A stretch of DNA of 64,000 nt from an uncultured Thermotogae bacterium (GCA_963667315.1 OY763325.1:1989380-2053379), one strand, 5' to 3'; positions 1 to 9,843 are shown, counted from the first letter of the stretch. Translations and numbers: made by a program. Notes: generated by a model not told the origin, from the letters alone.

Positions 1-13
1 TAAACTTCCACAT

Positions 14-42
14 TTCATTATCTTTATGTGTTTTGGTATAAT
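14..42 (+). promoter_or_regulatory. Putative extended -10 promoter (TGgTATAAT) for the hybrid sensor kinase gene
   Basis: TATAAT lies at 37-42 with TG two nt upstream. The -35 (ttcatt) is weak and the ATG is at 96. Confidence 0.3.
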
Positions 43-95
43 ATTCTTGAAGTTTTTTTAATTCCGAAACGGACTGCTGATCAGTTGGTGAAAAT

Positions 96-2969
96 ATGCC
101 CAAGAGAGAGAAAACGAATCGCCATTTGTTTCTACATAAAAAGAGAGTTACCACAGTCATAATCTGTCTTTTGGCTGCGGCACTTCTATTCTCACAATAC
201 GATAAAACCCTGAAAGTTCGGGGAGACTTTGACTATCCGCCCTTTGAGTATTTAAATGATGACGGTGAACCTGAAGGCTTTAACGTCGATGTCTTTCGAA
301 CGGTAGCCAGGATCATGGGGCTCAGTTACGAGATCACCCTTGACACCTGGGAGACGGTCAGAACAGAAATAGAAACCGATCAGGCGGATGTGTTGCTCGG
401 GATGTATCGAACCGAAGAGCGGGACAAACTGGTTGATTTCACCACACCGCATTTCATCTCGACTTATGCCGTCTTCGTACCTGCCGATTCAGCGATCACA
501 TCTATCGGTGATGCCTATGGAAAAAAGATCGGTGTTCAGATGGGCGATATCGGATATGATTATGTGATTGAAAACCGCTTGACCGAAGAAGTTTATACGG
601 AGAAAACGATTCAGGAAGTCCTGAAAGCTCTGGAATCTGGAAAGATCGATTGTGCATTAATCTCAAGACTACAGGGACTCATGATTATCCAAGAGGAAAA
701 TATAAAAAACATCAAGCCGGTAGGCCCACCGGTCATTCAGCGAGAATATTCATTTGCGGTCACGGAAGATGATATCGGACTGCTTTCAGTATTGAACGAA
801 GGGCTTGACATCTTAAAATCATCCGGGAATTTTGATGAATTATACAACAAATGGTTTACGCCGTTTGAACAGGCCGATTACTCGCGTCTTTTTTGGATCA
901 TTACGATTCTGATCTTCTTTTTCATCGGTTTATTCGCTGCTTTCCTGCTCTGGAACTGGTCATTAAAAAAAAGGGTTGAGGAGAGAACGGCTGAACTTGA
1001 AAAGAGTCGTGAAGATTACAGAATCACTTTTAATTCAATCGGTGATGCCGTTATTTCAACCGACATGATCGGAATGATAAGAGGGATGAACCCGATGGCA
1101 ATCAACCTGACCGGTCATACGCCCCGTAAAACCAAAAAGGCGCAGCTGATAGACGTTTTTAACATCATCGATCTGAAAAACAAAACACCTATAGACAATC
1201 CCGTTCTCGAAGCGAGAAAAACGGGGAAAACCGTAAGATATAACCGTGCCGGTCTGATTTCTAGAAACGGTAAGGTCTTCAAGATTTCCTGTATCTGTTC
1301 ACCGATCCGAAACAAGCGAAAAAAGATCACCGGTTTCGTCATCGTTTTCAGAAATGTAACGGAAGAATATAAGCGGCAGGAAGCGCTGAGGAAGAGCGAA
1401 GAAAGGCTGCGAACGTTGAGCAACAATATCGATAACGGCTATATCTATCAATATACGACGAATCGGGATGGTGAAAAGGTTAAATTTATTTATCTGAGTG
1501 ACGGTGTAAAAAATATTCATGAATTATCTGTCGATGCGATCAAAAAAGATACTTATCAAATCGCAAAACAGATCAACACCAGCTCCCTTGGAGAACTCGG
1601 TAGATTAAACAAAAAATCCGCAAAAAAACTTCAACCCCTTAAATACGAAATAGCCATCCGCACGGATTCCGGCAAAGAAAAGTGGCTGCTCATCAACTCG
1701 ACCCCTCAATTACAAGAGGATAATACAATCGTCTGGGATGGTCTGTGTATCGATATCACCTCACATAAGCAACTCGAAAGGGAATTAAAAAAAGCCAAAG
1801 ATATTGCGGAAAGATCAAACAAAGCCAAGACGGAGTTCCTCAACAATATCAGTCACGAACTCAGAACACCGCTTAACGGTGTACTGGGATTCAGTAATCT
1901 TATGAAAGAAACACCGCTTGATACAACACAGGAGGACTATCTGAACATCATCATCCGGTCGGGGAAACATCTCTTGAATATCATTAAAGATATACTGGAT
2001 CTGTCAAAGATCGAATCGGGTCATTTCAGTTTACAAAGTGAAAAGACAAACCTCAGGGAACTGCTCGAGTCAACGGTAGAAATCGTTCGTTACAAGGCAG
2101 AAAAAAAAGGACTCTCGCTCAAACAGACTATTCCCGACAATGTTCCCGTCTTTGTCCGTGTTGACCCGATCATCCTGAAACAGATCCTGTTAAATCTTCT
2201 TGGAAATGCGGTAAAATTCACCCCAAAAGGGGAGATAGAGATCGCCGTATTTTTGATCGATAATGATCAAAAGAAATCATACTCAAAACTCTTGTTCATC
2301 GTAAAAGATACCGGTATTGGTATCAAGCAGGAGAACATAGAACTCATCACACAACCTTTTAGTCAGGAAGACTATTCCATCACGAGAAATTACGGGGGGA
2401 CAGGCCTCGGACTCGCCATCACGACGAAACTCCTGAAAAAGATGCAAAGCGCTCTTTCAATCGAAAGTAAAAAGGGTGAAGGCAGTCTCTTTTCATTCCA
2501 GCTTGAACTTCAAACGCAATCAGACCCCTCAAAAAAGCCAAATGATGCTGAACCAATCCACATTGAACAGCCATCAAAGGATTACAGTATCCTGAACGGG
2601 AAGAAAATCCTGATCGTTGAGGATAATCATGCGAACATGCTGCTAACCGAGAAAATTCTCTCAAAAACAAATCCAAACATCCATATACTCAAAGCATTTG
2701 ACGGCTACAAAGCGATCAGCTTGTTCGAAACGGAAAATCCGGACCTGATCCTGATGGATATCAACCTTTCGGGAACAGACGGTTATGCACTGACGAAACA
2801 GATAAGAAAAAAGGATAAGAAAACGCCTATCGTTGCGGTCACGGCCAGCGCTTTACTCGAAGAAAGGGAAAAATGTTTGAACAACGGGATGAATGCGTAT
2901 CTTGCAAAACCCTTTTCCCCTGAGAACCTCCGCAAGATCATTCATGATTTTTTCAAAGAAGAAGCTTGA
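96..2969 (+). CDS. Hybrid sensor histidine kinase: periplasmic solute-binding (SBP_bac_3-like) domain, TM, PAS, HisKA, HATPase_c and C-terminal receiver
   Basis: 957-aa ORF with a GGTGA RBS 5 nt upstream. A TM helix (LFWIITILIFFFIGLFAAFLLW) follows the N-terminal binding-protein-like domain. H-box is ISHELRTPLNGVLGF and the ATPase G-box is GTGLGLAI. The C-terminal REC domain reads ILIVEDNHANM...LILMDINLSGTDGYAL...AKPF. Confidence 0.9.
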   Translation: MPKREKTNRHLFLHKKRVTTVIICLLAAALLFSQYDKTLKVRGDFDYPPFEYLNDDGEPEGFNVDVFRTVARIMGLSYEITLDTWETVRTEIETDQADVLLGMYRTEERDKLVDFTTPHFISTYAVFVPADSAITSIGDAYGKKIGVQMGDIGYDYVIENRLTEEVYTEKTIQEVLKALESGKIDCALISRLQGLMIIQEENIKNIKPVGPPVIQREYSFAVTEDDIGLLSVLNEGLDILKSSGNFDELYNKWFTPFEQADYSRLFWIITILIFFFIGLFAAFLLWNWSLKKRVEERTAELEKSREDYRITFNSIGDAVISTDMIGMIRGMNPMAINLTGHTPRKTKKAQLIDVFNIIDLKNKTPIDNPVLEARKTGKTVRYNRAGLISRNGKVFKISCICSPIRNKRKKITGFVIVFRNVTEEYKRQEALRKSEERLRTLSNNIDNGYIYQYTTNRDGEKVKFIYLSDGVKNIHELSVDAIKKDTYQIAKQINTSSLGELGRLNKKSAKKLQPLKYEIAIRTDSGKEKWLLINSTPQLQEDNTIVWDGLCIDITSHKQLERELKKAKDIAERSNKAKTEFLNNISHELRTPLNGVLGFSNLMKETPLDTTQEDYLNIIIRSGKHLLNIIKDILDLSKIESGHFSLQSEKTNLRELLESTVEIVRYKAEKKGLSLKQTIPDNVPVFVRVDPIILKQILLNLLGNAVKFTPKGEIEIAVFLIDNDQKKSYSKLLFIVKDTGIGIKQENIELITQPFSQEDYSITRNYGGTGLGLAITTKLLKKMQSALSIESKKGEGSLFSFQLELQTQSDPSKKPNDAEPIHIEQPSKDYSILNGKKILIVEDNHANMLLTEKILSKTNPNIHILKAFDGYKAISLFETENPDLILMDINLSGTDGYALTKQIRKKDKKTPIVAVTASALLEEREKCLNNGMNAYLAKPFSPENLRKIIHDFFKEEA

Positions 2970-3057
2970 TCCGAGGCTCTTAGAACATATTTAAAAATCA
3001 ACAGTAAGCTATTTTTATTTTTTGGTGTAAGATTTTTCAACAGTCCCGAATTGTTTC

Positions 3058-5124
3058 TCATCGTATACTTCTGATCAACGATTTCGCATCCAGTATCAAG
3101 GCAACTTTTCCGTCTCCGAGAACGGTTGCACCGGAACAATGATCCACCTTCTTGAAATTTTCCTCCAGTGATTTGATGACGATCTGATATTTTCCGATGA
3201 CTTCATCAATGATAAGGGCAACATTTGTATTCCCCGATTGTACGATGATCAGCATCTCTTTTTTTCCGGGCTGGAAAGAAAGGAACGCTGCGAGATCGAT
3301 CACCGGAATAAACTCATTCTGAAATTCAAGCGTGCTGCGATTATTGACGTTATGCAGGTCTTTGGGGTTCAACGGCAGGAACTTAACCACCGATTGAATG
3401 GGGATGATCAACTTGTTAAATCCGGCGGTAATAAGTATCCCGTCTATGATGGCAAGTGTCAGGGGGATATGAATCAGAAATTCAGACCCCGCACCGGGCT
3501 CACTGTGAACTTCTATATCACCGTGAATGATGTTGATATTATCCTTGACGACATCCATTCCGACACCTCGTCCGGAGATATCCGTCACCACTTTCGCCGT
3601 CGAAAAACCCGGGCTGAAGATGATCTTATTCGCCTCTTCCTGAGAAAGTCTTTTATCCGGTTCAATCAACTCTTTTTCAATAGCTTTTTTCGTAACGGCT
3701 ACCGGATCGATTCCCTTACCGTCATCCTTGATTCTGATCATGACCTCACCGTTCTGATGACTGGCTTCCAGCAATATGGACCCGATTTTCGATTTACCGG
3801 CTTTCTCTCTTTCTTCCGGTGTTTCAATCCCATGATCGATAGAATTTCTCAGCATATGCTTCAACGGATCTTTTATCTTCTCCGTGATCGTCTTATCCAG
3901 TTCGGTACTCTCACCTTTTATCTCAAAATCGATCAATTTATCCTGTTTTTTGGCAAGATCTCTGACCAGTCTTCGAAAAGGCATCAGGGTATCCTTGATG
4001 GCAACCATTCTCGTATCCATCACATCTTCCTGAAGATGATTGATATACCGGTCAAGTTCCGTCAATGCGGCTTCCTCTTCGAGATCCATCCAGCCTTTTC
4101 TTTCCATGATCTGTCTGATTCGAGACTTCACTACCACAACCTCACCGATGGATTCCAGAATCCTGTCCAGTTTATCCGTTTCTATTCTCAGGGTACTGGC
4201 ACGCTGAACCTTTCTGATCTCCTGCTGTTTCTGGGCGATTGAATCCACGACTTTTTTCGTTATTTTACCGTCTTTAACCAGCTCTTCCCCGATTTTTTTA
4301 TGCCTGTCCAATGTTTCATTGATTTCAGATTCTTCAAGATACCCCTCTTTAACCAGGATTTCCCCTATCTTCGAATCCTCTGCGACACTAATCTCTTCTT
4401 CCGAAATCGATTCAACAACGATGTCATTATCCATCGCGGCAAAGATAAAAACATCATCGATAGCACTCTTTCCTTGTGGTGATTCCACAATGATTACCCA
4501 TGAGAGATAATTGACAAACGGATCCAGCGTCTGAAACAACGGAACATCTTTAATCTTCATGACCGATTGCTTAATCGCACAATGCGCCGCAAGATCTTCA
4601 ATCAACAGCAGGGGGTCCGTCCCCGTTTCAAACACATCCTGCCTGAAACACATCTCTATTCTGAAGAAGCGGTCTTTCACTTCCCGATTTTCTTGTTTTC
4701 CGGCATCAGAATTGGCACTTTCATCACTGATAGCAGCCTCTCCTGCTTTTTTAATCAGGTATTCAACTTCATTTATCTTCTTGGGATCGGGATAGTCCCC
4801 CTGTGAAGAAGCGGCGTTTACCATCTGATGGATGATATCCTTTGACTGAAACAGGACCTCAATGATCTCCGGTGAATTTTTAATACGTCCATCCCGCAAG
4901 GCACTCATTAACTCTTCCAGCTTATGGGTAAAGGATTCGATATCGGTTAGATTAACAAAACCGGCACTTCCCTTTAATGTATGCATACTCCTGAATATGA
5001 TCTTTACGGTTTCGGGATTTTCAGGATCAGATTCCAGATTCAGGAGTTCATTTTCAAGTATACTCAGGTGCTCTTCCGCATCTATAAGAAAGACTTCCAG
5101 CATTTCTGAATCGAGATTGGACAT
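3058..5124 (-). CDS. cheA: Chemotaxis histidine kinase CheA (P1 Hpt, P2 region, MshEN-like tandem motif in linker, P3, P4 HATPase, P5 CheW-like)
   Basis: Hpt motif HTLKGSAGF. P3 start is TLRIETDKLDRILESIGEVVVVKSR. The ATPase region has HMLRNSIDHGIE and GRGVGMDVV, and the C-terminal domain is CheW-like. Residues 252-300 carry two RLGxxLLxxGYIxxxxLxxxLxxQ-like motifs. Confidence 0.92.
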   Translation of the reverse strand: MSNLDSEMLEVFLIDAEEHLSILENELLNLESDPENPETVKIIFRSMHTLKGSAGFVNLTDIESFTHKLEELMSALRDGRIKNSPEIIEVLFQSKDIIHQMVNAASSQGDYPDPKKINEVEYLIKKAGEAAISDESANSDAGKQENREVKDRFFRIEMCFRQDVFETGTDPLLLIEDLAAHCAIKQSVMKIKDVPLFQTLDPFVNYLSWVIIVESPQGKSAIDDVFIFAAMDNDIVVESISEEEISVAEDSKIGEILVKEGYLEESEINETLDRHKKIGEELVKDGKITKKVVDSIAQKQQEIRKVQRASTLRIETDKLDRILESIGEVVVVKSRIRQIMERKGWMDLEEEAALTELDRYINHLQEDVMDTRMVAIKDTLMPFRRLVRDLAKKQDKLIDFEIKGESTELDKTITEKIKDPLKHMLRNSIDHGIETPEEREKAGKSKIGSILLEASHQNGEVMIRIKDDGKGIDPVAVTKKAIEKELIEPDKRLSQEEANKIIFSPGFSTAKVVTDISGRGVGMDVVKDNINIIHGDIEVHSEPGAGSEFLIHIPLTLAIIDGILITAGFNKLIIPIQSVVKFLPLNPKDLHNVNNRSTLEFQNEFIPVIDLAAFLSFQPGKKEMLIIVQSGNTNVALIIDEVIGKYQIVIKSLEENFKKVDHCSGATVLGDGKVALILDAKSLIRSIR

Positions 5125-5144
5125 TTAATCACCACCAGAAAGTG

Positions 5145-5522
5145 TTATTTGATTACTTTTTTGACGATTCCCTGCAATTGTTCCGGTTTAAAGGGTTTGA
5201 CAAGCCATCCGGTCGCACCGGCTCTTTTCCCCTCCATCTTCATGGAATCCTGGGATTCTGTTGTCAAAACGAGGATCGGTGTAAACTTGGCATTCCTGTT
5301 CTGCTTGATTTCCTTAATAAACTCAATCCCACCCATGATCGGCATGTTGATATCCGTAATGATCAGATTGATTCGATTCCCGCCGGCAAAATGTTTCTCC
5401 GCAACCGCAAGGGCATCTTTCCCATTCTTGCCTTCAAGGATGTCATATTCTTTTTTCAACGCCATTTTAACGGCAACTCTTACTGTAGCTGAATCATCAA
5501 CTATTAAAATCGTTTTATTCAT
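5145..5522 (-). CDS. cheY: CheY-like single-domain response regulator
   Basis: 125 aa with receiver signature ILIVDDSATVR...LIITDINMPIMGG...KPF. It lies immediately upstream of cheA in the same orientation. Confidence 0.9.
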   Translation of the reverse strand: MNKTILIVDDSATVRVAVKMALKKEYDILEGKNGKDALAVAEKHFAGGNRINLIITDINMPIMGGIEFIKEIKQNRNAKFTPILVLTTESQDSMKMEGKRAGATGWLVKPFKPEQLQGIVKKVIK

Positions 5523-5802
5523 CGTTCACCTCAAACTCAAGTACGTCATGTGCACCATATGTTATAAATAGTTTTTTTAACGCCTCCGTGATCAGCATCC
5601 TGCATTCACATTTTCCGGCATCACCGTATTTCTGAAGCGATACAAGCATCTGAAGACCGGCAGTATCTATATCTTCAATGTCGGTAAGATCGAGTATAAA
5701 ACCTTCACCGGATTCATGCGTATCCAATTCGTTCCTGATCCCTTTCATCACTTCCTCAACATTATAGACGGTCAATTCTTTTTCAATCTTATATGTCATA
5801 AA
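5515..5802 (-). CDS. STAS-domain protein (SpoIIAA-like anti-sigma-factor antagonist fold) in the che operon
   Basis: The start was moved to MTYKIEKE (ATG at 5800-5802), which has a GAGGAGG RBS and sits just after the upstream gene's stop at 5813-5815. The STAS-like pattern is ...FILDLTDIEDIDTAGLQMLVSL.... Confidence 0.7.
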   Translation of the reverse strand, partial: FMTYKIEKELTVYNVEEVMKGIRNELDTHESGEGFILDLTDIEDIDTAGLQMLVSLQKYGDAGKCECRMLITEALKKLFITYGAHDVLEFEVNDE

Positions 5803-5812
5803 AACCTCCTCA

Positions 5813-7567
5813 TCAAAAGAGGGTAAACTCTCCACCATCGGATCCCACATCGTCAATTTCCATATGATCACTGGCTTTCAATCGCTCTCTGTACGTTGTA
5901 AATTTCTCACTCAAAACCTTTAGCTCTTCATTCTCAAGGAATTCCTGATCGTATTTGGGAACACTTTGCTCAAACGTCGATACCTCAAGATAGATCTCTT
6001 CGTTCTGAGCTTCTACACGTTGAAGCATCGCTTCAAAATCACCTTGAACATCGTTAATATAACCAAGAGAATCGTTAAATTTTTTCATCATACCGGTATA
6101 CGAACGCTCTATATCTTTAACAAGTCTTTCAAGTCCACTGAATATTGCCTTTAATTCATCTTTCTGAATCAAATCGGTGGAACACGCCTTGAAATTATCG
6201 AAAACAAACTGATTGGTTTTATAAGTCCCCACAATTCTCGTGGTCACACGATCCAGCCGAAGTGTCGTTTTGGTCACTTTTTCTATCGCCTCATCAAACT
6301 CGAGTCTGATGCCCTCGGCCTTTTTCCCCATCTTGTCCTCAATTCTTGCCAGTTCCGCTTTTATGAGGATGTTCATCGTCTTGAAACGTTTCACAATGAC
6401 CATCGCGTTGTTCACTTCAGACCCCAGCCGTTTGATATTGTCTCCAAAATGATAAAGACTGTCCCTGAGACTCGCCAGACCATTCAGTACATCTTCCATA
6501 AACACCGTATTTTTGACCGTGATAATCATGACTTCCTGAATGGTTCGATACAGAGATGCTTCATTATTTTCAAGAAAATACAGCGCAAATTCCCTTGAGG
6601 GTTCCGATATGGCTTCCTCAATATCATTGATAAAGCAGGAAAACTCATCCGCAACTCTGGAAAAAGCGGAAGAAAATTCATTTTTTGAATCCTCCACAAT
6701 ATCCTTCGACACTTCAAGCACGAACTTCAAGAAACTCAATTCATGTTCGTCCCCACCTGTAAAATCAAAATGGCGTTGTTCAAGATCGTTCAGAAAATCG
6801 ATGATATGTTCCATCTGCTGTCTGAAGATATCCTGTCCCACCATATGCGCCATGATATCGGGAAAAGATGCGGAAGCCATATCCGAACCGGCTTTCATCT
6901 TTTGATGAAGAACACTCAGCGCATCCTCCACGCTTTCAAAACGATCCATCAATTTTGTGAAATTCCCCCGAAGAGCTGAAAATTCTGTAAATTGCGTTAT
7001 CGTTTCCCTGAAATAGGCGATATTCGGGAAACTCTCCCTGATGATATCACTAATTGTCCTGAAATGTTTGACCAGCATCTGAGTCTGCCGTTCCACTTCT
7101 TTTGAGAGAACGGAAAACGCCCCGCCTTCAGCTCCAAGCTGTGATGATGTGATGGAAGAGTTCAACGCAACCGAGTTGAGGTCTTCAAGCGAGGCTTCAA
7201 CATTTTTTGCTTCGCTGATGATGATTTCCACAAAGGATTCGTCTTTATCACCATGTCCCTCGCTCTTAAAGACATTCTTAAAGATCAAATCCACGTTGTC
7301 GATCAATGATGTGACATTCTTCAGCGATTGGGTAACCCCTTTTCTCAAGATACTCAATTGAGAAATAAAAGAATCGTCTTCATCTTCGGAAGAGGATTGC
7401 GTTAACCTCTCCAGAAACTCGTTGATGAAATGAACAGAAGTCTGAATCTCCTCTTCAAATTTCGGAAGCGATTCATAAACCTGTCTGGCCAGTTCTTCAC
7501 TGCCCATGATACTATCCTGAATATTTTGTTTTATGTCACGTATACGACTACTGTAATCTTCACTCAA
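5813..7567 (-). CDS. Cytoplasmic, highly diverged methyl-accepting-chemotaxis-protein-like protein (acidic, coiled-coil, no TM)
   Basis: 584 aa, very acidic and helical. The segment LNSSITSSQLGAEGGAFSVLSKEVERQTQ aligns to the MCP signalling-hairpin core [31 protein letters not shown] of the neighbouring MCPs. No hydrophobic helices are present. It is co-oriented with STAS-cheY-cheA. Confidence 0.45.
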   Translation of the reverse strand: MSEDYSSRIRDIKQNIQDSIMGSEELARQVYESLPKFEEEIQTSVHFINEFLERLTQSSSEDEDDSFISQLSILRKGVTQSLKNVTSLIDNVDLIFKNVFKSEGHGDKDESFVEIIISEAKNVEASLEDLNSVALNSSITSSQLGAEGGAFSVLSKEVERQTQMLVKHFRTISDIIRESFPNIAYFRETITQFTEFSALRGNFTKLMDRFESVEDALSVLHQKMKAGSDMASASFPDIMAHMVGQDIFRQQMEHIIDFLNDLEQRHFDFTGGDEHELSFLKFVLEVSKDIVEDSKNEFSSAFSRVADEFSCFINDIEEAISEPSREFALYFLENNEASLYRTIQEVMIITVKNTVFMEDVLNGLASLRDSLYHFGDNIKRLGSEVNNAMVIVKRFKTMNILIKAELARIEDKMGKKAEGIRLEFDEAIEKVTKTTLRLDRVTTRIVGTYKTNQFVFDNFKACSTDLIQKDELKAIFSGLERLVKDIERSYTGMMKKFNDSLGYINDVQGDFEAMLQRVEAQNEEIYLEVSTFEQSVPKYDQEFLENEELKVLSEKFTTYRERLKASDHMEIDDVGSDGGEFTLF

Positions 7568-7675
7568 GATAAAAACCTCATTTATTAAGATTTAAAGATT
7601 ATACCTTAAAACAGGTCTTATTATCAATAAACGGAATCACACCTGCTTTCGTCCCCAACCCTTTAAAATCACGGT

Positions 7676-9637
7676 TTAATCCAGCGGAATGACATCATCC
7701 GGTGAGGCAATATGCGTCTTTTTGTTTGAAGGGCGAACAGATTGCATCCCATTGACGCGCTTTCTTCTATCATGCTTCTGATCGTTATCGTGATCCCGCT
7801 GATGATCAACCGGTCGGCGTCCGCCGGAACCCCCAACCATTCGGCTCAGTTCTCCGACAAGACTGTTAAGATTCTCCGCCTGCGCATTCAATTCTTCCGA
7901 TGATGAGGCCGTTTCTTCAGCATTCGCGGCATTCTGCTGCGTCACCTGCTCCATCTGACTGAGCGCCTGATTGATCTGATCGATTCCCTGTGCCTGTTCT
8001 TTTGTTGCAACGTTAATTTCTTCAATCAGCTTATTCAGATTAATCGATTCCCTGTTTATCTCACTAAGAGACTCACCGACTCTGCCGGCAACCTCCATCC
8101 CGCTCTTTGACAATTCGATGTTTTTTTCGATGATCGTCTTCGTATCATTCGCCGCCTTGGCACTTCTCTGCGCCAGATTTCTGACTTCCTCCGCCACTAC
8201 GGCAAACCCTGCCCCGGCTTCCCCCGCTCTTGCCGCTTCAACCGCCGCGTTGAGCGACAGGATATTCGTCTGGAAGGCAATATCATCGATGACCTTGATG
8301 ATCTTGGAAATCTCTTTACTGGAATCGTTCAATTTCTGCATGGATCCCATCATATCTTCCATTTCATGCTGACCCTTTTCGGAAGATTGCGTTGCCGTAA
8401 CGGAGATCTGTGTTGCCTGTGTGGTATTTTCAGAGGTTCTCTGAAGCATCGAACTGGATTCATTTAGCGTCGCAGCCGTCTCCTCAAGCGAAGAGGCCTG
8501 TTCACTGCTACCTTCTGCAAGCTGCTGACTGGCACCGGACAGTTCGTTGGAAGCCTGCGTTACCTGAGAAGAGGATTCCGTTAACCCTTCCATCACCCTT
8601 TTCAGAGACAGTGTGATACTTCTCGCAATGATGATGGCGATAAAAATACCAAGGGCAATCGCAACGATAGAGAAAATCACAAGGATCATCTGCGTCTGAT
8701 TCGCCAGATTTACCATGACCTCATCGGTCATCACATTTTGTTTGGTCGTATCGACGATCTGATCAAAATACCCCTTGACCGTGTTCACTGTTTCAGACGT
8801 TTCCGTGTTGTATATGGCCTTCGCCTCGTTATATGAAGCGACAAGAGTATCTATTCTTTCAATTATGTCCTCGATAAGCGCTTTGACCTCTTCCATCCTG
8901 GGAACGGTATGTGTCCGAAAATAGGTAAGTGAACGCTCATACCTGTCCTCGGTTCCCGAAGACAGGATATTCTGAATATCCTGGGCGGAATCATGCAGCA
9001 GCTTATGCGGTTCTTTAATCGCTTCAAAATAAAATGTAAGTTGTGTATCCAGGGCTTCCAGTTCACGGGTTTCGCTCCCGTATAAAAATTTCCCGAATCC
9101 GCATTCCCGATAATTCATTTCAACGGATAAAACATCCCGCTTCTCCATCAGATCCATGAGCAACATGTTCATCCAGGCATAATGATCCCTTTCTTTCTGA
9201 GCAAAGAAGCCACTCCACGCCGGATCAATATCCACATATTTTTCAGCTATTTTCAAAGCACTCCGATGTAATGCGTCATGCGGTTCTTCGATCAACTGCA
9301 GAATGCTACTGATCTGCGGTACAACCTTTTCCGCCTCTGTCCTCTCATTTGAATAATACCATTGTCCGAAACCGCATTTATGTGGATCGGTGTTGATGGT
9401 TAAGGTATCAACATTAGGGTTCATGATAAATTCATTCAAAGAAGCCGCCCATTCAAGGTGATCAACCTTCTTTTCAATGATGGTTCCGGTAATCTTATTC
9501 CCTGAGATTACTTCATTCGCATTCGTTACGATCTGAGAGATATTGAAGACTGCAAAGATCGATAAAACACTTAGAATCACAAGAATTACGACAAATCCCA
9601 AAAGGATCTTTGCACCGAGTGTCAAATTTCTGAACAT
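7676..9637 (-). CDS. Methyl-accepting chemotaxis protein with two tandem CZB (chemoreceptor zinc-binding) modules between TM1 and TM2, then HAMP and signalling domain
   Basis: The start was moved to MFRNLTLG (GGGGTGA RBS). TM1 lies at about aa 10-35 and TM2 at about aa 300. There are two copies of H-x2-W...C-G-F-G-x-[WF]...H-x3-H. The canonical MCP core [35 protein letters not shown] is present. Confidence 0.88.
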   Translation of the reverse strand: MFRNLTLGAKILLGFVVILVILSVLSIFAVFNISQIVTNANEVISGNKITGTIIEKKVDHLEWAASLNEFIMNPNVDTLTINTDPHKCGFGQWYYSNERTEAEKVVPQISSILQLIEEPHDALHRSALKIAEKYVDIDPAWSGFFAQKERDHYAWMNMLLMDLMEKRDVLSVEMNYRECGFGKFLYGSETRELEALDTQLTFYFEAIKEPHKLLHDSAQDIQNILSSGTEDRYERSLTYFRTHTVPRMEEVKALIEDIIERIDTLVASYNEAKAIYNTETSETVNTVKGYFDQIVDTTKQNVMTDEVMVNLANQTQMILVIFSIVAIALGIFIAIIIARSITLSLKRVMEGLTESSSQVTQASNELSGASQQLAEGSSEQASSLEETAATLNESSSMLQRTSENTTQATQISVTATQSSEKGQHEMEDMMGSMQKLNDSSKEISKIIKVIDDIAFQTNILSLNAAVEAARAGEAGAGFAVVAEEVRNLAQRSAKAANDTKTIIEKNIELSKSGMEVAGRVGESLSEINRESINLNKLIEEINVATKEQAQGIDQINQALSQMEQVTQQNAANAEETASSSEELNAQAENLNSLVGELSRMVGGSGGRRPVDHQRDHDNDQKHDRRKRVNGMQSVRPSNKKTHIASPDDVIPLD

Positions 9638-9843
9638 CCAATCACCCCTGTCATTATGGTCAGCTCTTTCTGTTTGAAAGTCACCCGAAACGGTCGAATG
9701 AGGTTTCCGGACAACAATTACATTCATATTGATAAGCCAGGTATATTATAACATTATTTTAATAATTTACACAACCTACTTGCACTTGAGGTTAAAAACT
9801 CATTTTTTTTAAAATATAATAATCGAAATCATCTATCATTTTT

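Noticed and set aside
3238-4242. 334-aa ORF on the plus strand
   Set aside because: It lies entirely antisense to the well-supported cheA gene. It has no RBS and a low-complexity translated sequence, so it is a typical shadow ORF.
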